Of a stretch of DNA of 64,000 nt, positions 9,410-19,170 are shown one piece after another. A program made the position numbers and the translations under genes. The stretch spans positions 1,344,001-1,408,000 of the forward strand of contig OY969100.1 in the NCBI GenBank assembly GCA_963697895.1, written 5' to 3'. Each line of letters starts with the position of its first letter. Position 1 is the first letter of the stretch. Source of the stretch: an uncultured Methanomicrobiales archaeon (GTDB lineage Archaea > Halobacteriota > Methanomicrobia > Methanomicrobiales > Methanospirillaceae). Below the pieces are notes generated by a model. The model had not been told where the DNA came from and did not search any database. It was given only the letters and a program-made list of their open reading frames with translations.

Positions 9410-10297
9410 TCACCCGAGGGTACTCTTCAGGGGAATGCCGTTCGCCCAGTAAATTCCGGTGTCGCCCCCAGGTAGGATATCGTACGTATACTCCCCGGTA
9501 TACGGAATCGGATCTGTGCCGATCACCACCGCCCCGTCCAGCAGGTCACCCGGGTGAAGGATGCCGAGCGTCCGATCATCCGTCGTCGGGTGCCCGGGAG
9601 AACCAAAGATTTCCCGTCCATCCGAAAGCCGGAGGTGAATGACGCGATGCGAGGGAGGGACTCGCGTTTTGATCGTCTGCACGATGGGGACCGCGCTCCT
9701 CGACCCGTTCGCATCTCGTGTCCAGACGGACATTCCCGACTCGAGTTCATTCGCCGCAACGGGACCATCCGGGGTATCGATGCAGGTTCCCCGGGCGAGG
9801 CAGATGGGGCAGGTCAGGAATGCCTCTTCAAAATGTTCCTCGAGGATCACCCCGTCGGTGCGGATGATGCCCGAGACCCTGCGGCCTCCCTCATCGGTCT
9901 CCAGCGCGAGGCTGAACGAGTACGTGTCATCGGTCACCGGGGTAAGGGGAATCGCATTTAATTTTTTGTTCTCGCGGTAAACGATGAGTTTGGTTTCGTC
10001 CGAAAACGGAGGCTGCAGGTCTTTCCTCGCCACGATCGCATCAAATTCTTCCGTATTGTTTTCAATGACCGGGAATGCTTCAATCGCCTTCGCCTGTTCG
10101 TCGCCATGACTGACCGGGTAATAATCCGGATCACAATAGAAGAACCGGCTCTCGTTATAATGGTCCAGGAGGAGGTACTTCAACTCAGTCGGCGAATACG
10201 TCGTATTCGGCGTCGGTGGCGGCCCGCCACCTCCGGGAGCCGTGCCGCCGGCGATGATGACGATCACGAGGACAAGAATGGCAAGAAGGCACTTCAT
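9410..10297 (-). CDS. secreted protein with C-terminal Hint (Hedgehog/intein-like) domain
   Basis: Signal MKCLLAILVLVIVIIAGG. Hint block A CLARGTCIDTPDG (Cys codon at 9800-9802), block B GSPGHP, C-terminal YTYDIL...YWANGIPLKST. Confidence 0.85.
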   Translation of the reverse strand: MKCLLAILVLVIVIIAGGTAPGGGGPPPTPNTTYSPTELKYLLLDHYNESRFFYCDPDYYPVSHGDEQAKAIEAFPVIENNTEEFDAIVARKDLQPPFSDETKLIVYRENKKLNAIPLTPVTDDTYSFSLALETDEGGRRVSGIIRTDGVILEEHFEEAFLTCPICLARGTCIDTPDGPVAANELESGMSVWTRDANGSRSAVPIVQTIKTRVPPSHRVIHLRLSDGREIFGSPGHPTTDDRTLGILHPGDLLDGAVVIGTDPIPYTGEYTYDILPGGDTGIYWANGIPLKSTLG

Positions 10298-10549
10298 GAA
10301 ATTTTTACCCTTACTTTCTCGATCCAATGTCAGTCCCTCTATAATATGTTGCTCTACCGGTCCTACGGGAAAAAGTGATCCTATAGAATGAATGCCCTGT
10401 TTCGCACGCAATGTCAGGTTCCATATCGGAACATCCGGGGACAGGCTCTCTCTCCTCTTCCGGCCCCTCCCTGTCTTGACCATCCCTGGCCGTGACTGAG
10501 GCCCGGAGAGACGATCTTGATATCTCTCCCTGCTGACAATCTGTCATCT

Positions 10550-11227
10550 ATGCAGTTCAGCCCCGAAGTACTCAGATCCTTTCCCGGCATCTCAGTCGCC
10601 GAGAGCGATATCCGGTCCGTTATCATCATGGAGGAGAGTCCCGGCCTGGAAGCCCTGAAAGCGATCTCCACCGGCGAGATCCAGGCCCGTTATACCCGGG
10701 AAAAGATCAAGGACGAGCCATTGTTCCGGGCATTCCGGGACTTCTTCTGGAGCGTCGGTGTGGACCCCACGAAGACGCGGCCGGCCTCCGAGGCACTGGT
10801 CAGGAGGATCGTCTCCGGGGGGAGCCTGCCCCGGATCAATACCGCAGTGGATGCCTACAACCTGGCTTCGGCCGAGAGCGGTATTCCCATCGCGGCATTT
10901 GACGCAGACACGCTCTTTGGGGACCTGACGCTCCGGTTCGCCCAAGCCGGAGAACGATTTACCGGCATCGGGATGAAGGAGCCGGTATGGCTTCAGGAGA
11001 AGCAGGTCATCATGACCGATTCGACGAAGATCATCGCGATCTATCCCTACCGCGATTCGGAGGTGACAAAAGTGACCCCCGCCACAAAGAATATCCACAT
11101 CGTCTCCTGTGGTGTCCCGAAGGTCGCCACCAGCACGGTTGTCCAGGCCTGCGAACTCTGTGCTCTGTACCTGAAGGAATACACCCACGGGATCCCGACA
11201 GGGCCGCCACTCGTATCTCCCGGGTGA
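10550..11227 (+). CDS. stand-alone B3/B4 domain protein (PheRS beta editing-domain-like)
   Basis: AFRDFFWSVGVDPTKTRPASEALVRR, LPRINTAVDAYNLAS, PIAAFDAD. Confidence 0.88.
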   Translation: MQFSPEVLRSFPGISVAESDIRSVIIMEESPGLEALKAISTGEIQARYTREKIKDEPLFRAFRDFFWSVGVDPTKTRPASEALVRRIVSGGSLPRINTAVDAYNLASAESGIPIAAFDADTLFGDLTLRFAQAGERFTGIGMKEPVWLQEKQVIMTDSTKIIAIYPYRDSEVTKVTPATKNIHIVSCGVPKVATSTVVQACELCALYLKEYTHGIPTGPPLVSPG

Positions 11228-11380
11228 TTCGAAAAGAGTTCCAAGAGTTTTCGGATTTCCTTTTTTGAGATGCCGGATCGACTGGTATGGGTTTCTCCGG
11301 CGTCTTCAGAACCCGGATCACGAATGTATTATAGCGGAAAAATAATCAGCCTTTTATCTCCGGATGCCGATCAGTCTGCA

Positions 11381-11611
11381 ATGAAGATCCTTCCCCTCAT
11401 TCTCGTCCTGATCATCGTCGCCTGTGCTGTCATGATCGGGTACCTCCTGCTCTATATTCCCTATGAATGCCAGAATCTTGTCGTTCGTTCCGGTGGATCC
11501 GCTTCGTGCGGGTTGAACGCCGGGGCGTATGTCATCGCTGCCCTGGATGCCATCATCGCGGTTGCAGCGGCCGTCGTGCTTATCCATGGACGCAAAAAGG
11601 ATCAGGGATGA
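11381..11611 (+). CDS. small 2-TM membrane protein
   Basis: 76 aa; two hydrophobic helices around a Cys-x12-Cys loop; basic tail. Confidence 0.6.
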   Translation: MKILPLILVLIIVACAVMIGYLLLYIPYECQNLVVRSGGSASCGLNAGAYVIAALDAIIAVAAAVVLIHGRKKDQG

Positions 11612-11693
11612 TGAAATCCACATTTCTTCAACGAGGATGATTCACATATCTTCCTGTTTCAAATATACCGTCTTCCTAATCTTTTGATCGATA

Positions 11694-12356
11694 ATGCCCG
11701 AAGAGAACCCTCCTGACACCGAACAGGTAGGAAAGTCGAGGATGGAAGCATTGAGTGATGGGATATTTGCCTTCGCCATGACCCTGATGGTGATCAGCCT
11801 CGCAGTCCCCGTAATACCGGTCAAGGAAGCCCCCGAACTCCTGCCCGGTATCCTCGCGGGGATGTGGAACCAGTTTCTCATCTTCATCATCGCGTTCTTT
11901 GTCATCGCTTCATTCTGGCGCTCCCACCACCGTATCGTCGGGCGGGTGCGGTACGTGAATGACCGGCTCATCTGGATCAATATCCTGTTTCTCTTCTTCA
12001 TCGTCCTGATCCCCTTCTCCACCGCAACTTCAGGCGATTATACGAATTCTCTGACCGCGGTCCTCCTCTTCCATACGAACCTCCTGATCGCCAGCCTCCT
12101 CCTCACGGGGATGTGGGAATATATCATTCACCATTACGACGAGCTGAACCCCGGCACCAAAAACCCGGGAAGGAAAGGAGCGGAACGGGCCTTCGTGATC
12201 CCGGCCGTTGCGCTGCTCGCGATCGCGGTCTCCTTCGTGAATACCGGAGACAGCATGTGGAGCTATGCCCTCATCCCGGTGATCCTGTTCGTCATCCACC
12301 GGGGTCCTCTTCTGATGAACCGTCTCCGGGGACCTTCATCTGATCACCCCGAATAG
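11694..12356 (+). CDS. TMEM175-family (DUF1211) potassium channel
   Basis: RMEALSDGIFAFAMTL, FWRSHH, LIPFST signature; ~6 TM. Confidence 0.9.
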   Translation: MPEENPPDTEQVGKSRMEALSDGIFAFAMTLMVISLAVPVIPVKEAPELLPGILAGMWNQFLIFIIAFFVIASFWRSHHRIVGRVRYVNDRLIWINILFLFFIVLIPFSTATSGDYTNSLTAVLLFHTNLLIASLLLTGMWEYIIHHYDELNPGTKNPGRKGAERAFVIPAVALLAIAVSFVNTGDSMWSYALIPVILFVIHRGPLLMNRLRGPSSDHPE

Positions 12357-12381
12357 ATCTCCCGGGGGATTATTCCTCAAG

Positions 12382-12479
12382 GACCTGCACTCAGATAACC
12401 CAGGCCTCATCGGGAAACATTCCTGGTGACCTGCATCCAGATAACCCTTTTACGTGCGTATTTTCACCTGCATCCGGAT
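12382..12479. repeat. intergenic direct repeats GACCTGCA(CT/TC)CAGATAACCC
   Basis: Copies at 12382-12401 and 12428-12447 (18/20 identical), plus partial ACCTGCATCCGGAT at 12466-12479. Confidence 0.7.
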
Positions 12480-12972
12480 CCAGGACCCCATTTCTGCCGA
12501 ATCGCTGAACACGCAGGTTAAAAATTTCGATTAAATCGTTTATTTATTGAAAATGATGGATTTAATCAGAATTTGCGGGTGCATAATAGCGCGGAACAGA
12601 CAAGGGGTGTTTCCCCGAGGTATAACCGGTCGGTCAGGAGGAGAACATCCCCCGTTACCCTCAATAACGGGGCGTATTTTGAGCGGGATTTTTGCGAAAA
12701 TTGAAGATTATCTAAGGGTTTCAGGAACCGGATGGATGTAATTGCGACCTGTCATCTTCGTTCCATTCGGCTGCCGGATCCGGATCGATATCCGGTTATT
12801 CCGGGAGGTTGCAGGGACCAGGTTTTCGATCTCTGTTTGAATCAACGTTGCCTTCGAGATGAGTGTTCCACAAATCCCATTCACCTACGAACGAATCATT
12901 ATCATATCCCAAACCTTACCCAAAAAGAATGTTGAGCAACAATGATCGCAAGGGCACCGGAGGAAGTCCAGG

Positions 12973-13542
12973 ATGAGAATGATCGATGCGATGATCCGTG
13001 AGCAGGAGGGGGGGGCCCAGATCGAATTCCAGTTCAAGGCCATCGGCCAGCTGGTTGATACCGACGATCCATCCTCGCTTGCCGAGAAAGAACTGACGGA
13101 AGAGGCCGAGGATGCGATATACACTTACACGGACAAGGTCGGCTACAGAAAACCAGCGAGCATCGTGGTCAGGTTTCCTTCATCCGTGGAATTTCCCGAT
13201 ACCGCAACGAGTATCCCGCATGCAATCCGATCCCACTTCACCAAGCGGCTGAATGAACTCATGGTAGAACGGGGTATATCATTGCGTGAAGGAAAAGTCA
13301 GTTTCGGGCTCACCGCACTGACCGCTATCGTTACCTTCTGGATCCTCTGGTTTTATGAGGTATATTCCTCTTCCTTCTTCTATCTCCTTCTGACGGGACT
13401 GGTTATCATCATCAACTGGGTGATGATCTGGGATACCTACGAGTATTTCGTGTATGACTGGCGGCGTGCCTGGAGAAAACGACGAATCTATACGAAGATC
13501 TCCCAGGCGGATGTGACGGTGCGGGAAACAAATATTCCGTGA
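12973..13542 (+). CDS. hypothetical membrane protein (2 C-terminal TM)
   Basis: 189 aa; DPSSLAEKELTEEAEDAI and WVMIWDTYEYFVYDW motifs; two hydrophobic segments. Confidence 0.75.
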   Translation: MRMIDAMIREQEGGAQIEFQFKAIGQLVDTDDPSSLAEKELTEEAEDAIYTYTDKVGYRKPASIVVRFPSSVEFPDTATSIPHAIRSHFTKRLNELMVERGISLREGKVSFGLTALTAIVTFWILWFYEVYSSSFFYLLLTGLVIIINWVMIWDTYEYFVYDWRRAWRKRRIYTKISQADVTVRETNIP

Positions 13543-13591
13543 TTTCAAAAAAAATAGTATCGGTATATCAGATGAGCGCCCCGCAAAGCCA

Positions 13592-14650
13592 TCACTCGTC
13601 GGGAAGATCGACCCACCGGGAGAGACTCCCCATCCGTCTGAACGCCTCGAGTATCGGGAGTTCAATCCCCGACCGGCGGGCATTCCGGTAGAACCGCCAC
13701 CGGTCGCGCAATCTCGGCCCGCCCCGTTTTCCCTGTTCGAGGAGGAAATCGAGGGTTTCGCGCTCCTTTCTCATCCATGCGAACCGGGCAAGCACCTTAC
13801 GGGTGTATTCCTCCGGATCCGGCCAGGAGTCTGCGAGAATTCGCGCACACTCGAGCGAGTACACGATTCCTTCACCGGTGAACGGGGATACGGTCCCTAC
13901 AGATTCACCAACTCCGATGATCAGCTGAGGTGTCTTTCCTTTCCGGGTCCTTGACAGGCACAGCGGGGTCGAATAGTACGGGGAAGCAACCCGGACGACC
14001 CCGGCACAGCGACAGATGGTCCTGAACGAAAACCGGTCGGAGGATTCCCGGTAAAACCGTTCGATGAGCCTGCCGAGATGCACCAGGCCGATGCCGCCGA
14101 TGCCGATGTGGTACTGCCCGTTGCCGAGCGGAAAGATCCACAGGTACCCGAGCCCGGGAATCCGGTTCCCGTACACACCTGCCTCGAGGCGGTCACCCCC
14201 GATTGACTCAACGGCCACCCGGTGCTGAACGGTCGGCAGCATCAGATCGGACCGGCAGGGCGGGAGGAGCGCCCGGGAGATCCCGGTCGCGTCCACGAGT
14301 ACATCATACGTATCTGCCAGTCCGGGCTCCAGTTTCTTTTTATTCAGCCTGATCCCCGAATTCAGATCCCGGACAAGCCGGGGTTTGTTGACGGTGCAGA
14401 GAGGCGTCTTTGCCACGAGGCCATCGAAGTTCATCGAGAACATCGGTTCGATCAGGTACTCGTCCAGGTCGAGATCGACCGCGGCAAGGTACCGTTCGAT
14501 CCCGACCGGTGCCCCCCACCCGCAGGAACGGCACCCGCAGGTGGTGTCGTGTTCCCCCGGATCATAGACATCCGGGACGATTCCCTTCTGTTCGAGGAGT
14601 TTCGCCAGGTACCCACCGGCGATCCCGGCACCGACGATCGCGACCTTCAT
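13592..14650 (-). CDS. FAD-dependent oxidoreductase, geranylgeranyl-reductase-like
   Basis: Real start is ATG 14650 (MKVAIVGAGIAGG); the ORF-track N-terminal extension shadows the upstream gene. Motifs CGWG, DATG, PGLGYLWIFP, GESVGTVSPFTGEGI. Confidence 0.85.
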   Translation of the reverse strand: MKVAIVGAGIAGGYLAKLLEQKGIVPDVYDPGEHDTTCGCRSCGWGAPVGIERYLAAVDLDLDEYLIEPMFSMNFDGLVAKTPLCTVNKPRLVRDLNSGIRLNKKKLEPGLADTYDVLVDATGISRALLPPCRSDLMLPTVQHRVAVESIGGDRLEAGVYGNRIPGLGYLWIFPLGNGQYHIGIGGIGLVHLGRLIERFYRESSDRFSFRTICRCAGVVRVASPYYSTPLCLSRTRKGKTPQLIIGVGESVGTVSPFTGEGIVYSLECARILADSWPDPEEYTRKVLARFAWMRKERETLDFLLEQGKRGGPRLRDRWRFYRNARRSGIELPILEAFRRMGSLSRWVDLPDE

Positions 14651-15594
14651 AGGAACCTCCCGCTGAAAACCACTAACAGCACGACGATCACGACTGCGTG
14701 CACCAGCGATGCCCCGACCTGCTGGAGCATCAGCTTGTTCGCCTTCGCCTCGAAATCGGGGAAGATGGAGTACATGGCCCGGGTGCAGAGCTGATCGATC
14801 CGTGCCCCGAGGACCGTATTGATCACCGCGATAATAGCAGTCGCCAGGACGATCAGGTAGGCAAGCCCGATCCCGAGGATCAGGGCCAGGGGATAGATCA
14901 TCAGGACCGCGACGAGCATGGTGACGATCCCGTAGATCGTCGAGTGCGGCACTCCCGGGTACTGTACGGACGAGGTGCATTTCCCGCCCTCCCGATCGGA
15001 ATGGACATCCCGGCGCATCATGGAGACGCCGAAACAGGTCACTGTCATGCCCTGCAGCAGGGAGAGGATAAACGCGAGCAGGGAAAAAATGCCGGTCGCC
15101 GCATAGACGATCGTCACGGTCACCCCCACGACCAGCCAGGGGAAGATGTACCATTCGGTGAACGGCTGGTGCCCTAGCGCTATCCGGGGGTGATTGTACC
15201 CATAATCGAAGAAGAAGCCGAGGATGAACAGCAGGGGTATGAATATCCGGTAAATGGTCAGGTACGCCGCGAGGATAATGATCACGACCGTGATGATCGC
15301 AGACATCGTGCGGTAATTTTTCACCGTCGCCCACCCGGAGACCAGGGGACGGTCCCGCCCGGTCTCTTCGCTCTTCTCCTTCCGGTCGATCTCGAGGTCC
15401 ATGATATCGTTCCATATGTGGGCATCGATATGGACCAGGACCGCAGCGACAACGGCAATCACGAACAGGGCCCAGTCGGCTTCTGCAAACCCGGTCTCCC
15501 AGATGGTCACCACGAAGCCGATCAGGATGGCAGCCCCGGTGAACGGTATGAGCCCCTCTATCCGCAGGATGTGCCAGAGTGTGCGTGGGTTCAT
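14647..15594 (-). CDS. UbiA/MenA-family integral membrane prenyltransferase
   Basis: Asp-rich motifs WNDIMDLEIDR and RRDVHSDREGGKCT; RPLVSG; ~8-9 TM; ATGA overlap with the downstream flavoprotein. Confidence 0.88.
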   Translation of the reverse strand: MNPRTLWHILRIEGLIPFTGAAILIGFVVTIWETGFAEADWALFVIAVVAAVLVHIDAHIWNDIMDLEIDRKEKSEETGRDRPLVSGWATVKNYRTMSAIITVVIIILAAYLTIYRIFIPLLFILGFFFDYGYNHPRIALGHQPFTEWYIFPWLVVGVTVTIVYAATGIFSLLAFILSLLQGMTVTCFGVSMMRRDVHSDREGGKCTSSVQYPGVPHSTIYGIVTMLVAVLMIYPLALILGIGLAYLIVLATAIIAVINTVLGARIDQLCTRAMYSIFPDFEAKANKLMLQQVGASLVHAVVIVVLLVVFSGRFL

Positions 15595-15834
15595 GGTATC
15601 TCTCGTCTGTCGTTGCTGTCAACCCGTTTGAACGAGCAGAATTTATGGTGATATTGAACGGGTCTGTTAATAATTGACCGGTTGGCGATGAGATCCCCGG
15701 AGATGTCCCCCGATAACCCTCTGACGTTCTGGTATGAGGGCGAGATTGATAAAGGTGAACGTACATTATCCTCACCCAACGGGAATCCCCGTGGAATCTG
15801 ATGGGAACAATAGTACCCCCGTCGGTGATCAAAG

Positions 15835-16536
15835 ATGATGCCACTTCCTGTGCAGTCCCGGATCGACCAGTTGCTCCTTGAGCAGCAGGCGCTTCGCGAC
15901 TATCCGGATGAATCTTTTGTGAGAGTAATCCAGGGAATCGGTTTTGCCTGCGCACGGTGCGCCCGCTGTTGCACGAAATTATTCAAGGGGCGTATTTATC
16001 TCCTCGACCGCGATGTCTCCGTGATCCGCGCCATATGCCCGGGTGCACTGATTCCGGCACCTTATTTCGATTATTGCGACCAATATGGCAAAATTTACAC
16101 CTCCGGTTACGTACTGCGGACCAGGGAAGGTGGAGCCTGTACCTTCCTTGACGATGTGAACTGTGCGATATACCCGAACCGTCCTCTTGCATGTCAGAGT
16201 TACCCCTTTATGCTCCACCGTGACGTGGATGAAGAAGGGAATAAATACTGGCGTCATTTCGGAAGGCTGGACTGCCATGGGGGATATTCACCGATCAGCG
16301 ATGATGATGCGTATAGCCTTGCCAGCGAGATCAAGGCGTACGAATGTGAGGTCATCGACCATGAACTCCGGTATCTCGCTTTTATCAGGGCCTATTTTGA
16401 GGATCACCAGTTATTCCATGACAGGAGGGCATATGACAATCGTATCAGGGAGTTCCTCCGAGCGGATCCGATCCTTGTCATGGGCTATTACGAGAGGGCA
16501 TTTGAGGAGAACCGGGTACAGCTGTATATGTACTGA
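15835..16536 (+). CDS. YkgJ-family (CxxCxxCC) cysteine-cluster protein
   Basis: FACARCARCC and CTFLDDVNCAIYPNRPLACQSYPF. Confidence 0.88.
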   Translation: MMPLPVQSRIDQLLLEQQALRDYPDESFVRVIQGIGFACARCARCCTKLFKGRIYLLDRDVSVIRAICPGALIPAPYFDYCDQYGKIYTSGYVLRTREGGACTFLDDVNCAIYPNRPLACQSYPFMLHRDVDEEGNKYWRHFGRLDCHGGYSPISDDDAYSLASEIKAYECEVIDHELRYLAFIRAYFEDHQLFHDRRAYDNRIREFLRADPILVMGYYERAFEENRVQLYMY

Positions 16537-16643
16537 TCTGCCCCGGTGACCGGATTCATACGGGGGATGATGACACTTTTTGAGGAGAACCAGGTACAGC
16601 TGTATATGTACTGATCTGCCCCGGTGACGGGGGATGATGACAC
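16501..16643. repeat. tandem duplication of the 3' end of the YkgJ-family gene
   Basis: tttgaggagaacc(g/a)ggtacagctgtatatgtactgatctgccccggtgac...gggggatgatgacac at 16501-16576 and 16579-16643; the second copy lacks ~11 bp. Confidence 0.9.
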
Positions 16644-16838
16644 AATGACATGGCCGTTATACACGGGATGCAGGAATATTTAATGTGGCAGGTTATCGCT
16701 CCTTTCCCGATGACGATGTTGGATAGGCTGCATTTTTTGATTATTCTCCACCGCCCTTAATCCCCGTATCGGGACTATTGCTGCTCCGCTATCCGTGATC
16801 CAGAAACAATGCGGTCCCGCCCGGGATATTCTTCGGAT

Positions 16839-18184
16839 CTATTCAGATGAGGGAACCGTGTCCCCCCGGAGCGCTTGTTCGGCCTGCCGCTGCTGGAGTA
16901 CCGCCGAACAATGACGAATGAACAGGTCGAGAACATCCATGTTCTGCGGGGTAACTCCCGGGGGGAGAATAATGGCCGTGACCCCGTTAACCCGACCCCG
17001 CCACAATAGCCCGGTGGCGAAAATTTTCCCGACAAAGGGGAGGTCTTCAATGGTCCGGCACAATTCCCGTGGCATCTGTCCGAGGGTTATGGTTTCAACA
17101 CCGCCATCGACTTCGATAAATGACTCCGGTAATATCGCATGAAGTCCGTCAGTGGACGAATGGAACTTCAGGCCCCCGAGAGGCCGGCCGATCACCTTCT
17201 CGATCTCCGCAATATTCGCCGCCGGCCCCCGGACGGCTTCCAGCCGGGTTGTGGTATCGGCATGGACCGAGCTGATGATAACGATGGCTCCGGGGTGGAC
17301 GAGATGAGAGAGCGCACCGGCGATGAACCCGAATATATCCCCGTCCGGCGGATAGTCGCTCAGTTCGATCGCTTTTTCCGAGACAAACCTGATGTCGCGG
17401 ATATACGATTCCAGCTGTGAACGTGCGTGTTTTTTCCGGGAGAGATCCGTAAACGATGCGACAAACCCGATAGGAGTTCCGGACTCGTCCTCCATGCTGC
17501 TCACGGACACCTGTGCCTCGAAGGTGGACCCGTCCCTTCGTCGTGCAGTCGCCTGCCCCGACCAGCTTTCAGCTGCAGGAGTTCGGCAATGGCGGTGGGA
17601 GTAATTTCCGGAGATTCAACAAAATCGGTAGCAAATTTTCCGACCACGTCATGCTCATCGGTGTACCCCCATATCGCGAGACCGGCCGGGTTCGCATACT
17701 GTATCCTCCCTTCCCGGTCACAGAGTGCAATGGGGCAGAGAGAGGACCGTACTGCCGCCTCCCTGATTCTCAGCACCGAAGAGAGCCGGTCCTGCTCGCG
17801 TTCCGCACGCCGCCACATCACCGATTCCCGGACCGCGTGTTCCAGCTGGAGGAGCTGCGACCTGATCTGGGAACCCTTCGCGAGAAAGAAATCGGCCCCG
17901 GAGGTAAGGGCATCGATGACCACCTCTTCCCTCATCTGGTCGGAGAAGAGGAGAAATGGGATACGGGAATCGGTGTTCCGGACCTGCCGGAGGAACTCGA
18001 TCCCGTTGCATCCCGGCATGTCGTAGTCGGATATGATCGCATCATAGTCAAGCCCCGGGAACATCCTCAGGGCCTCAGCTCCGGATATCGCAGAGTCAAT
18101 GGACAGATCGCCCGATTGCTCAAGAAAATGTTTTACCAGTTCCCGGATTGCCGGATCATCATCAGCGTGCAATACCCGGATCAA
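16839..18184 (-). CDS. response-regulator receiver + PAS protein, split by a 1-bp frameshift near 17568
   Basis: IRVLHADDD...IISDYDMP...FLAKG receiver; the PAS domain continues in another frame as WSGQATARRRDGSTFEAQVSVSSMEDESG. Adding one A (minus strand) at 17567-17569 fuses ORFs 17501-18229 and 16839-17510. Probable TTG start at 18184. Confidence 0.8.
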
Positions 18185-18312
18185 ATTCCCCCATTCCCCC
18201 CAGAATGGTACATGGTATCGAACATGCACGCACGATTATTTAATCATTGCGAAGTGAGCAGCGAAAAAATAGTACTCAATAATAATGGGTTAAAATCAAA
18301 GTAATCAGGGAG

Positions 18313-19148
18313 ATGGGCGTGGCAAGAGAAGGGGGGAACAGATTTAACAAGCTGCGATGGTCTTTAATCATTTTTTTGTTCATCAATGTCCTTTTGATCT
18401 TTGCATTAAAAAATCCTGATTTACTCGCGTGGGAATTTTTCGTATTGCCTGCTCTTCTGTTTATCATTGTGCTGCTCCATGCAATGGAGCGATACGGCAT
18501 TAAAAATACGGTCATATTTTTTGTGATAACAGCGGGTGTGAGCTTTTTTTTTGAAAACCTGAGCGTGGCGACTGGTTTTCCCTTCGGGCTCTATCACTAT
18601 TCACCTGATTTTGGGATGTTACCCGTTCCATTCATCATCATCTTCGGATATTTTGGCCTGGGTTACCTCTCCTGGATACTGGCCCATGTATTAACCGGTC
18701 AGTACTGCAGCAGACTTGGGGGGAAACAGATATTTCTGGTACCATTGATTGCAACATTTATCATGGTCATGTGGGATTTGACCATCGATCCCATCTCTTC
18801 CACATTACAAGGCCTCTGGGTCTGGCAGGACCCAGGAGCCTATTTCGGCGTTCCCCTATCCAACTTCTTTGGCTGGTTCCTGGTGTCATTCGTATTTTTC
18901 CAGCTGTTCGCCGGGTATATCTCCCGATATGACCAGATTGATCCTGAAAAGATAGCCGATCTCTCGAAAAAGCTTTCTGGAGTGAGGCCCCGGCGATATA
19001 CGGTATTATGGCCCTGGGTACCATACTGACCGTTTCTTACCGGTTTAATGACCTTACGGTATCCATGGCATTAATCTCTGTTTTTACCCTGGTATTTGTG
19101 GCCATTCTCGCTTTCATCAACATTCTGAATAATCCGGATCTCACGTAG
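18313..19148 (+). CDS. CruF/DUF422-family ('carotenoid biosynthesis') membrane protein, frameshift near 18970
   Basis: ENLSVATGFPFGLYHY, MVMWDLTIDP, WVW...YFGVPLSNFFGW. The hydrophobic C-terminus continues in another frame (FWSEAPAIYGIMALG...NPDLT*) to TAG at 19146-19148. Confidence 0.8.
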
Positions 19149-19170
19149 GAGAACACGGCGAAAAAAATTG

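Noticed and set aside
9410-9802. Canonical self-splicing intein
   Set aside because: No terminal His-Asn, no C-extein nucleophile and no homing endonuclease; treated as a cleavage-only Hint domain.
13592-15955. 787-aa ORF from the track as one protein
   Set aside because: The first ~435 aa are an Arg/Pro-rich shadow frame over the prenyltransferase; the real flavoprotein starts at 14650.
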